Source: Catajapyx aquilonaris (lineage: Eukaryota). From it: a stretch of 64,000 nt of DNA. The stretch lies in NCBI GenBank assembly GCA_000934665.2, contig JYFJ02000239.1, forward strand, positions 1 through 64,000. The letters run 5' to 3'. Below are positions 12,351 through 24,418 of this stretch, piece by piece (position 1 is the first letter of the stretch; the number at the start of each line of letters is the position of its first letter). The notes under the pieces were generated by a model. It had not been told where the DNA came from and did no database searches. It was given only the letters and a program-made list of their open reading frames with translations. The translations under genes and the position numbers were made by a program.

Positions 12351-12623
12351 CAAACTGTGGGGTCGCGACCCTATTTGGGGTGGCGACTGGGGGGGGGGGG
12401 GGGGGGNGGGAGGGTAACAAATTATTTTTATAAAATTTATTCAATCTCTCTTGAAAATAATGCCCGTAAGATAATAAGTTATAACAATATTATTCAAATA
12501 TTCGACAATAGCTTTCAATGATTGTCATCGACTAACACTGTTTACACGTCTTTTAATGTCTGGGTCGCGAATTTTATGAGACAATTTTCTGCGGTCGCCA
12601 ACGAAAAAGATTGGAAAGGACTG
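12351..12623. mobile_element. hAT (Charlie/Buster-like) MITE remnant
   Basis: Repeated GGGTCGCGA/GGTCGCC subterminal motifs and a right end AAAAAGATTGGAAAGGACTG|CACTAGAC. The left terminus is not recognisable, and the element contains a poly-G/N assembly blemish. Confidence 0.5.
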
Positions 12624-12759
12624 CACTAGACGTCTATAGAAACCATATTTATACAGAAGTTCAATAACTTGGTCCCTCGTCGACGAACATAACCTGACAA
12701 GAGTTATCTCAATATTATGGCATTAATTTTATAATTATGTACACGGTACTGCCTTTATA

Positions 12760-12966
12760 CAGGGTGCTCTCTAAAAAAAATAGAGTTAAAAAAACTCAAG
12801 TTGGGTTCTTTTTAACTCTTATTTTTTAGAGAGTGTATGCTGTAACTCGAGACAAACTTCTCTAGGTTGTGTAGGGGATGCCCAGGGAAGCAATTTGAGA
12901 TAGGACACCCATGGTCGTAAAGACGTAAACCCATCCCAAGTTACAGTATTAAAATTATGCACCCTG
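12760..12966. mobile_element. TA-CAGGGTG Tc1/mariner-like MITE with a nested hairpin in its left TIR
   Basis: TA|CAGGGTGC...ATGCTGTAACT on the left versus AGTTACAGTATTAAAATTATGCACCCTG|TA on the right. The inner hairpin 12767-12833 is CTCTCTAAAAAAAATAGAGTTAAAAA...TTTTTAACTCTTATTTTTTAGAGAG. Confidence 0.75.
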
Positions 12967-13143
12967 TATAAATCATACTATGTATATGTCTATCAGTTCA
13001 GGACTTTCAGCAATTTCAAATTAAAATTAAAATCTGCACTTCTTAGGGCATTTGCCTCTGTTGTGACAAAGTATACTATAGGCTACCTGCCTATCTTATC
13101 CGCGACCTTCACATGCTGGGCTTGGTACCTTGGATAACATGGG

Positions 13144-13236
13144 TATAAATAAGTGATTGTCAGTTGAATCGATCTATAGCACTGCACAGGATTCGCTTCA
13201 AACACCAGAGAGCTTCAAGAAAACTGGCCGTAAGAG
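13144..13236 (+). promoter_or_regulatory. Putative UGT core promoter and non-coding first exon
   Basis: TATAAAT at 13144, TCAGTT at 13160 (spacing shorter than usual) and GTAAGA donors at 13230/13237. The acceptor TTATTACAG lies immediately before ATG 13537. Confidence 0.45.
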
Positions 13237-13536
13237 GTAAGAGAACCTTGTCCCTTTTATAACATGTGAGAAAAGGCCATTAATTTGCTAGTGTTTGCAT
13301 TAAATTATTCAGAGTAAAGACGTTATATTAATAACTAAGTTTGTAGCGATGCATGAGATGCTATACAGAGTGCACTGCCTGAGTCCACAGTCCATTATAA
13401 CAGTAAGAGTATAGAAGATTGTTAATTCTTGTTTGGCCGGATTTGGCACGATTATGCTACAAACAACAACAACAATAACGAATACACCAAAACTTTGAGA
13501 GTCTGTTTAATATAACGTAATGCATATTTATTACAG

Positions 13537-15381
13537 ATGATCTCACTCAAAATACTTGCTCTTGTGGCCATCAGGATTTGCACAGTTCGACAATGTGACT
13601 CGGCCAAAATTCTATTCTACATTGGAATGGGTTCCCCCAGCCACAAGTTCGGCTACCTTAGCTACGCGGAGGAACTTCAAGAGCGAGGCCACCAAATCAC
13701 TTTCATATCTCCATTTCCCACTCAAGGAGCCAAATTCCGCGACATAACTCCTCGGATGCTTCTGGATGTCATGAAGCCTCACACAACCACACGGAGCTTC
13801 GTGGCCATGCGTCTGAACAACGACTGGTGGGAGTACTGGACCTTCTTCCCGAAATTAGCTCGAGACTCGTGTGAAGCAATCCTGAATAGTGCGGAAGTGA
13901 AGGACATTGTCAGTGGCCAGGAAAAGTTTGACCTCATCATTGCTGATCCTCTGGCGCCTGAGTGTGTCTTCGGATTTTCTCTGATCAGCTCCTCACCTGT
14001 TATTTACTTCGGCACAGCTGGAATATACCCGTGGACTGCTGCACCATTTGGACTACAATCGACAGTATTGTTTCAACCGCATAGGTTCTATATGTATATG
14101 AAAGACGTGAGAAGGTTTAAGGGGCGTCTGATAGGAACAGTGTTCAACACTGCCTTTGATTGGCGTCGTCACTTGTGGTTGTTCCCTGCTGTTGAAGAAC
14201 TCTGGTCCAGGCGTCTGGGGCGTCCTATGCCGTCCTTTGAGGATATGGAGAAGAATGTTTCTTTGATGCTTCTCAACACACACCCCGTGGTTGATGCTCC
14301 CGTACCTTTCACGTCCAACATCATCATGGTCGGAGGCGTCCATTTGCGCCCAAGTAAGCCGCTATCTAAGGTAAACACAATGAATCAATCGAAACTGTGA
14401 GGGATGTGACAATTTATCAAGAACGTGTCGCAAAAAAATTATCTACCTGAGTTTCACCTTGATAGAATGCTGATGGTTGTAGAGAACTTAAATACATAAT
14501 AATGCGACGACATTACAGGAGCTTGAAGATTTCGTCTCTGGAAATGGAGAAGAAGGCTTTATCATATTCAGCCTAGGTAGCATTGTGAAATCTGAGACAT
14601 TGCCTCAACGTTACGTGGAGTACTTTATTGAGGCTTTCAAAAAGCTTCCCCAAAGAGTCATTTGGAAATGGGAAGGCGCTGGAGTAAGTAACCTGCCTGA
14701 TAATGTATTGGCCATGAAATGGGCACCACAGCAGGATCTTTTAGGTATCAATCTCGATATCGTAATGAGTAACTCAAGTGTACAAAACTGTTTGCTTTCA
14801 CGCAGCACACCCAAAATGTCTCGGGTTTGTGTCTCATGGAGGCAAGCTGGCCATGTTAGAAGCAATAAAATCAGGAGTTCCCATGGTGATCATACCATTC
14901 TTCGCTGATCAAGACCTGCACTCGGAAGTGGCGAAACAGCGAGGTTACGGGCTGTCGTTAGAGCTGGCTGACATCACCCCAGACAATCTCTACGAGGCAA
15001 TAACCAGCATAGTTAATGACCCAAAGTATGGCGAGTACGGTACTATACAAGCCGTCAATTCCGTCCCGTGTCACTGATTTCCATCCATATATACACAGGT
15101 TCAAGGAAGCGGCCATTAAAATGTCCGGTCACCTGAACGACCAGCCGGATTCTCCTGTGTCCCGAGCCGTCTTCTGGACCGAATACGTGCTACGTCATCC
15201 GGAAGGACCGGACGTAAGACCAGTATCAGCTGACTTCACTTGGTACCAGTACCATTACGTGGACGTGTGGGCAGTGATAGTACTGATTCTATTAACACCA
15301 GTGGTCACATTTGTGATATTATTACGACTTTTGCTGGGTACTACCCGCAGAGGTCACGTCAGGAAGCACAAGTCGGACTAA
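13537..15381 (+). CDS. UDP-glycosyltransferase (GT1, ER membrane type), 520 aa. Exons 13537-14370, 14519-14744, 14806-15025, 15099-15381
   Basis: Signal peptide, SPSH catalytic His, FDLIIAD, VSLMLLNTH, FSLGS, KLPQRVIWKW, signature WAPQQDLLAHPKCLGFVSHGG...GVPMVIIPFFADQ, AVFWTEYV, C-terminal TM and KHKSD (KxKxx). The 1563 nt are in frame; AATAAA at 15401. Confidence 0.95.
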
Positions 15382-16329
15382 TACAATGACCTAACAAGCC
15401 AATAAAGCAATATAAACACCTGTAAAACACAGAGCAGTTTAAATTTGACAATAGCAACTGTCCATATAGCCATGATGTAATATAGGCGATTTAGCACGAA
15501 GGTCACATTGATACTCCAGTTTTGCGGCTTTCAAGGTTGCAACGGAATGCTATGATGTAAGACTCTAGTCTCACCTGTTGATCCTGTTCTGGGTGCTAGA
15601 AGGTATAGGATGTCAGGTTCTTCGTTTGGTTGAAATCGATCAAAAATCGGAGCACATTCTTCCTGCATGGCCGGTAAGCAACACCTTTCTGGGTCACGTT
15701 TGTACTGGACTGACAGGTGTTTCGCCTAATCTACAAAGAGGAGGTACAGTACACTGTAGCTTGTCCATTTTTTCGATAAAAAAAACGCAATGCAAAGTTT
15801 CCTTTAGCTTACGGGGGCACAGTAGTAGGCCTAATAATACGGTATAGGCTACCGATGCGACCTGGCCAAGCGAGTCCACCGAATGTTTGTATAGGCTACA
15901 GCCGTGTTGTTTACGGTGTTATGCAATAATGGGTCAACCCACAAAAATGTCAAAATTGAGGTAAGCCCAGGAACATAATTATACCTATAGGATCCTACTT
16001 AATTAAGTTAAAATTACGCTGGTGAAATCTGCATACTTCTGCCATAAGTGACCGAAAAGAACACTGAATTAATTTCACAGGTACGACCTTCAAAGCCCTT
16101 TTTCTCAAAACTGTTCTCATGTGGGTTGACTCATTACTGCATAACACCGTCCAATATTGCACTTTTGAATAATATTGAATCCGAATATTTCGGTCCCTGT
16201 TATTCGCTCCCATTTAATTGGGAAACGACATGATAAATTACATGATGTATAAGTAAGGCTGTGAAGACCGATTAATATCTCTTAGTTGCTAAAAGTTCAC
16301 ACGCTTAAGTTAGTTAGGTTCAACAATCT

Positions 16330-16552
16330 TTCGATTAAACCAACAATCAGCCCTGAATATTTCCCCTGCCCGATGCTGCCTCCTACCGGCCACATTATCT
16401 TCGTAATATTCGGGACCGCTCGGCTTGGTGGCGTTAGTGATCCAAGCGTCTGCTCCGAGCTGGTCTTGCTGCCTCCACTGAGTAAAAGCCCTTTGATTTA
16501 CGTGAGAACTCGGGCTGGGGACACCCTGCGCCGATTTTACTCCACTCAAAAG
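16330..16552 (+). other. Candidate non-coding first exon of the Grb-family gene (start approximate)
   Basis: CpG-rich block ending in consensus donor AAG|GTGAGT (16552/16553). A second candidate UTR exon is 18304-18375 (TACAG|...ATG|GTAAGT). Confidence 0.35.
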
Positions 16553-19500
16553 GTGAGTTACGACCACACGAATTATTCCCCTCCGCCCATCCTACGCACA
16601 TTTAGAGCCATAACCATCAAGCGAGGGGACCTACCCCTACGCCCAATTTTTTCGTAGGACGGGATCATAGCAACAACAAAAAATTGTATACGCAGGGTGG
16701 GGGGTGGGGGGAACGCTTTCTGAGTGGGGCTTAAAATATATTGAAAAAGGGGGACCCCAAGTTCATGTGTGTGGGGAAAAAAGTGTGGTGATAGCGCTAA
16801 TTTGAACAAACTGTCAGGGTTTGGTGTGTGTATACATAGACAGGGGGGGGGGGGGGNCGACGATGAAAATTTGCAAAAAAAAAAAAAAAAAATCATCGGA
16901 AAGCGTGCCAGTCACGTGGCTTGAAGGTACCGGTATTGTGCGGCGTACATTATTACAGGAGCCCACCCGGATATGGTTGCATGCTGGATCGTCAATCGTG
17001 CAGTAACACGTATTAGCGTCGGTGTAACCCGACACACTCGGTTATACAGTACGAGTAAGGTCAGGGTGACGCACAAGAGGCAATTTGGGGGAACGACAAA
17101 AGTGCTGTTGAATATTTTATCAGCCATTGCATTGAACTTGAAGGGCGGACAATAACAAGTCAGGAATCCCTGTCTCGATGTACCGAGTACAATATTCTGA
17201 GTAATTTTCCGCAATTGCATTACATCAGTTTCTGAAACATTTGTGTTGGAACAAATGGCAGCAATTTCTGAAGAGTCGCTGTATAATTAATGATGAATAA
17301 ATAATAATACCTCTTGAGAAATTAGTTTTGCCAATATTAAACCGTTTTATTCGTAGGACCGGGGAAAATAATTATGTATATCCAAATGACTATGCAAATA
17401 TAATTCTGCTCAAAATTTCAGTCACTTGTGACGTCGCAAATCCGACCTGAACCTCCAGGTCATTGGTTTTGCGTCTGATCCGCATGCTAAAAATGGACCT
17501 CCTGTTATCAAGATTAATTGCAGACGGCGCAACAGCTGCGCCTCTATACAATGTATATCATTCTCACCTCCAGCTCTCTTCCCAGGGTGTCGATAAAATC
17601 GTAATTAACGCCACATTATAACCCCGGCTGGGATTATGAAGGGATTACGTACAACATCCCTGGCGAAAAATGGCGTACCGGTTTTCACAGCCGAAGGGCA
17701 AGAAGAAAAAGGTTTCGTGACCGATCCTCCTTTTGTTGCTAACCTAGAATTTATAGTCTCCCAACATGGTCTATAAAATGGTCACAGAATGGATCATTCA
17801 AATTGATTGACAGAAATAAACTGGACATTTCGACTTGCAAATGTGCAGTTAACACCAGATGTTGCAGTATGACGAAGCATCAGCAAAATGGGTGTGGCTC
17901 TTGTCATAGGAAACATTGTGCAAAGGCACGTCCTGGACAATTAGGTTTTAGAGGATAAAAGGCCGGCGCTAAAACCTAATTTAATCCGAGTGACCTCGCG
18001 ACTAGGGCAAGATCGTGTGCTGCACTGCACTTTTGATAATTGGACCTCACAACACAGATTCTATCGAGAGAGAGAAAAAAATGTGACCTCGCGTGACTAA
18101 GACTCACGTCACATGCCGCTATTATTGCGTCAATCCTAGATAAAACGCGGTCACACTGAATAACTAGGTTATGTAAGAAACAATAATTGGCTGCTGCATA
18201 TGGCGATATTTATTGCTTTGCTGGATTTAATAGCAGCTAAGCCTATAGCAAAAGTGGGTGCGGTCATACCTTTTGTAATTAATATATGCAATTTCTTATA
18301 CAGGTGCACATCATCATTTCACCATTGGGCTACTTCGGAGTCTTCGCAGGCTCAGTCGCTGGGGCGCAGTGCATGGTAAGTGCAACAATGTTATCTTTCA
18401 ATGGACAAGTGCGGAGGACGACAGACAGATGGCCACAGTGTCCCTAGACTTCATTCATGGTCGTTACGACAACAAAGAAAAAAAATACCGATCATAAGGG
18501 AAATCCCGAAGATTTAGATGCTAGACAGCTTTGTGCCGGGTAATTACTGGAGCAATAAACAGCCAGTTGTGATTACGGAAGCATGTCAAGGTCCGGGTAA
18601 TGGTTGCATTGTGTAAGGCGCCGTACATGTTTGGGAACGTCTCCGAAATAGAACCCTGAGTTTTATCGCAGTAAAAAGGCGGCATGTGTGTAGACCTCCG
18701 ATAGCGTCGTGCCAGAATGATAGCTCGCGAAACATCATGCAATCACTTTCTACGCCGTAATGTCCTAGGTCAGGATGTCTCCTTTCAATGAGGGTGTCTT
18801 TTTCTGACTTTTACAGTCGTGTAAATTGCGGTTGGCCTGTCATTTGCCGAACTACTCACGCAATTACGATTTTATGTTTTTATTGCACGGTCGCCATCTC
18901 GGTAAATACGAACAATATGTGCTCGCACTTCAATGCAGTACACTGTATACTACGCAGTTGCCAGGAATGTATTCTGCAGCAGTGCCTCAGGCCCTTTATA
19001 ATTTTATGCACCGTTGTAGAGAACGATTCAGTGAATCATTCCGTATACACATTGTCACGATATATGACATAAGCGGTAGGTTTGCAATATTCATAGCTTT
19101 GCTGATGCTGATACAATTAAAATGTCAATAACCGACACGATTACAGCATTACCATATAAGGATAACCAATGATGCCTGAAATTCGCAGCAGTTTTAGACC
19201 GAGCGGTCATATCAAAAACGATTATGAGGCCGGATCTACTGTAATCCAACCGCAATGAATGCCGCTATCCCACACAAAAGGCACACACTCATAATTACTG
19301 TTTTCATTCAAAGAGTTGCAGGGGCGTGTATGTTCTTCCAAGGCACGTCAGATATGCTGTGGGCCGAACGAAGGTGTGGCAAAGTGACCACTTTGGAAGT
19401 GATAAATCTCGTAACGCAACCAATCCCAGCAACCCGGAAGGAATTAACATTCTTCAAGTGTCCCAAGTTGCGGTCACTTTTTGTAAAAAAAAACCACATA

Positions 19501-22500
19501 TGACGCAACGACCTTATAGAAAACTTTTATGAGTTGTTTACACTCCAAGCCGCGCATCGAGCGGCATCTATGGAATTTGCACGGAATGTTTTGAACTATT
19601 TCGGAGTTAATTGCCCTTGATTACAAAAACCTCGAGGCCGAAACAGCCCTGAGATGTCCCACACTCGGTCGGGTTTTACGGCCATCTCCGCCTACAACTA
19701 ACCTTCAAGTACGAGCCAAGTGCATACGCTTTTGGCATGGGCCAAAGTCGCGCAGAAGACACGTGACAAAACGAATTTAGCAAACGGATTACGTGGTCGT
19801 TTGTTGCACATGTCGATCTTGAGGATGACACGTGGTTGATGTGTCAGCAATGTGTTGGCCTTGCATGCACTTGATGGCCAGTTTTTATGAGTTGCAACGA
19901 TGGCCGGGACGAATTGAAAATTTTATCTATACGATATCCGTGAAATCCGGTATGAGCGTGATGTGTCTATAGGAATTGGCCAGATAAAGGCAAGCAGACG
20001 GTTATAGGAACGGTGGAAAAATGATGCGCAAAATTATGTGTAGCCTTGGATGCTTGCTGATAATTATTTGAATGGGCGAAACGCGACATTTTCTAGCAAA
20101 AAATAACTGACATGCAAGTCACATTTTGGTCTGCCGGTGAAAATACTGTTCCATACCATTTTTTTTAAAAAAATCACGGAAATTCCTATTGTGTCAGTCG
20201 ACATTTTCAGATTTTCAGTTCGTACAATCATTCTGGGAACAATGATCAAAGTTCTGGTTCTGCCCGGGTCTAATTTCCAGTTAGGGCGTTGCTCCATACG
20301 CACAATTCAATCGATATTTGAATCAATACTATGCACTGTTAATTGTGGGCTGAAAATTCTTTCCCAGCACATGACTGTGGTCCCCTTTCACTCCTTTCAT
20401 GCCGCTCAATTGATGAAATATTGCACAAAACTGGAAGCTGACGTCACTTGCTCTTGACAGCACATGTGCTGTAGCATGTGTAACCGTATGCTGTAGACGT
20501 CATCGATCCAAATGCAATAATGATGAAAGAGCCTCGACCGATCATAATTCATGCAAATAGACTCTTCTTACGTGCATGTCCTTGTTCCAACCATATTTAA
20601 TAATGAAGTTATTTCCTCCCAAGTTCCGACCCAAGGAATTGAATTTAGATGCATGTCAGCAATCCCCACCGGAACGCTTTAATGGCACCTCCAGCTTCGC
20701 ATTAAATTACGTTGACATCCACGGATCTATGCTGCAGCAGGACAAGCCGGAAATACCTTCACTTTAATGACACGGACCTCCTGCCTGTTCATCCACGAGT
20801 AAAACGTGTAATGGTAATTCGAAGGAGCAATATCCCCAAGTTTTATGGCAAATAAACCTAAGCGGTCAATTAGCCCCTTTTTTGGTCACATATCAGATTA
20901 ATTTAATTTCTAACTAATTTTTCGGTCATATGTACCATTGTTTTAATTTCTGGTTAATTTTTACCCATATTTACATACTTCATGCGACACTTTTTTATGC
21001 TCTGTTTTTTTCTGGGATGCTGCACAATTTATTTCTGGGTGAAGCAGCAGCGTCGCAGTGTAAATACGGGTCGTGTGGGGATGACATTAGAAAATGAGGG
21101 GGATGAGCTGTGGGTGGCAAGGAAAAATGCGCTCCTGGGTCGAGTTGGCCAGAAGCCATTCTTTGCTGGGGTGGGCATATATAGGAGGTGGGGGTCTTGC
21201 ATGTGACGTGACGGAATTTCAGGAATGGATCGGAAGTGTCGCCACTTGCAGTCGGAATGAGGTACGAGACATGGGAATTCTCAAACAGGTCGATGGTTAA
21301 TATATTTTTGTCATAAACAATAACTGTTGCAGCACATACTATAGACAGGAAGTTAGAAGGAGAAAAAAATGCGGCACGTGTAAGCACACGCGAGGAAAAA
21401 TTATGTAATAACAATAATGCAGTTAACTTGGGCTGCAATATACAGATGTTCACATGAGATGAGATGATCCGACGACTTGTCAGGTGGGGAGAAATGCATT
21501 AGGCACACGATGCAATAAATGATGCTGAAGTAATTGCTGTAATTAGCAATCAACTTTATTGCGCTGGGTGCACAATCTATCAGGAGATCAATATTAATGT
21601 TCATGCTTCTTTTAACTGATGAAGACACAAATTATACGTGATTTTTTTGTGCTGAGAACATGCACGTAGGATTCGTTAGTTTTGTATGCACTATGAATAT
21701 AACGGGTTGTTACATCAACTATAATTTAAGAGAAAACATCTGATTACAGTAATAGGATATTTTTCCTCAATTTGCCTTCATGCAATATTCACATATGTAC
21801 AGTACGCAGCACGAGGCACACCTTGATTTTATAGCTGTAATATTGGCTAAATCTGATTTTAAGCTCTAAAAATGTTGCCTATATTACGACATAATTATTA
21901 TGATCCTGATATTGAGCAATTCTGCATATAGCGGAAACCGAACATCCGAGCCCCATGGGAAACATCACGTCCTGATCCTGATTCTCTGCAGAGAATTGAA
22001 ATGCCATATTAGGACTTGATGTTTCCAGCTTTCCATACAAATTACCTTATTTTAACCCGATTTTTTGCGTGTGCAAATGAACCCATGATCGAACCTGCTG
22101 TCAATCATAGTCACAAAAATATATTTAGCCCCACCAAATATTCATCCTGACCCTATACGCAACCCTTCTCTTTTCACCCTGACATATGCATTCCACAGGG
22201 GGATATATGCATGGGCAAATTGATTTCCACCGGAATATGGAAAACCGCTATAAATGCGCAACCCTCCACTACCACATATGGCGCGTATTCTATTTCTATT
22301 ACACAACCCGAAATAGAATCTAGGGCACACAAGCCATGATAACCATCTTTTTATACACACCCAACTGGACTACCTCAGTTCCAAGAATCTGATTCGTTTT
22401 CGCCCCTTTTCGCCAATACGTGAACCTTGCCATTTTTTTTTGCTAATCCGAATTAACCGCAGTACAATTCAGGTTCGAGATAAGTACACGAGATATGGTC

Positions 22501-24418
22501 TTCATATATTTCCGCATTAGTACGACACACACGTTGCGAAATATTTTGACGAGCTGAGGACCGCGGAAGTGAACTGGCTCGGAATGCCACATAACTTCCT
22601 GCTTTGAGAAATAACCCTCTAAAAGTAGCGTATGACCCACATCTGTTTTGTTTGCGCTGAAGATGATCTTCCGTCACAAAAAGCATGGGAGCCGTCCAAA
22701 AAATACGGTACTAAAAGTCATATTTTTCAGCTGCTCTGGAAGAACAACACATTTTTTTTTGCATCTCACATAACCATTAAATGATTAAAATAGATCCTGT
22801 TATGGGAGGTTAAACCGATATTAGGCCAGATTCAACAGTTGAGGTCATGTGTCATGTGGATTGACTTATACAAGCCGGATCAAAAAATATTTGGCTCATT
22901 ATCAGTTTTATGTCATGACGCAAAAACTCATTAAATGTTTCTGAGCCAAACAGGTTTTCATTCATGCTGAGCCATTTGCGCAAATATTTTGCTCTATGGT
23001 GGTCCTGGTTACTGCGTATATAAAAATTGCTGACAGTTATTTGTCTAGCAAGGATATAAAAAGAAATGCTAGGTCAGAAAATAGCAACCTGCTCGACGAC
23101 ACTTGCGTAAGACAACGGTAAACATTCAGCTGTGTATGAATATCGCTCGAAATGTAACCGGCCGAAATTCCGCATTCCTTCAGCCTACGTCATAGGCACG
23201 CTAAATAATAGCACGCGAATTCAGTGGTCCGCGGTTAACGGTGCAAACATGAAAAATCACCGACCAAATTCCAAACATTCCTGAAATTTTATGTCAGCCC
23301 GCACAACAATAATATCCACTGATTTTTTAATATAATTATATTCACACACGTAGATAACCTTTAAAAAAAAATACGTCACGCTCTGTCCCAGGCTTCCTAT
23401 TGGCCCGGGCACAAAGGTGAACGCCTTTGGGCCGACGTGGAGTTTACGTTACTGCGCACATGGATATGTTTACGTTGTTTATCACGAGTCTCTTCCACCC
23501 TTCCACCCTCCCATTTACCCTTCGGACTCCCCCCGCCCCCATCCAAGAGACGCTAGAGGCGGATTGCATACGTTGGATGTGTGAGAGTGTAGACCAGTGT
23601 GTGTGAGACCGCGGGACAGTGTAGATCGGACTCATTAACTATTTATTTACATCAATGGATTAAGGCATTGTGGTAGGTTGCTTATTGTTAGGGACGTGTT
23701 GGGAGAGGTAACATGTGAAAGTAGGTGAAGGTTTTTTTTTTTTTTTGTAGACATGTAGGCGTGATCTCATTTTGGATCTTTCACCCTGGCCCGGTATTTC
23801 ACTCAATGATAACTTCTTTTTACAAAAATATTGGCAGCCTGCAATCTGAACACAATCATCTTTTTTTTTGTTTTTAAAAAAAGTGCTTGATTTTTTTTTG
23901 TCTATAAAGGATTTGGAGGCCAATATTTTTGTGCAATCGCAATTTTTCTTCGCAATATCTACAAATAGCTCAACAATAATACGGGAAGTATTTTTTCGCA
24001 TGTTGTGATCGATCCAATTTTTTTTAAAAACCTAACAGTGACGTCATTTCCTCCCACCTGCCTAATTTTTTCCCCCCCCCCAGCTTGACTCACCTATTGC
24101 GAAATTTTCGCGGGTGGGTCAGCTTTATTTTTTTGGCCGCGTTGCCAAATCATAGGGTGGGGGAATGACTGTGCGGGGGAGGTTTAGTGAGTGGCGAGGG
24201 GGTATTAATGTAGGAGACATTATCGATCTACGTTAGCAGTTTAGAAAAGCCCTGCGCTGCGCTGCAGTAGTATTTCGGACTCTCTGTAGGCAACGTGCGC
24301 TTTTGTTTACAGTCGGCGGCGGTCACAAAACTGGGTCACATTTTTGTATACGCAAATTACCCTGATGTTACCAGTGTCGTCCAGCATCGAGTGTAAAAGA
24401 GGAGGTGGAAACAACAGG

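Noticed and set aside
12389..12410. Poly-G runs containing N (12407; also 16857 and 38934)
   Set aside because: Probable sequencing/assembly joins at G homopolymers; lengths and local contiguity are unreliable.
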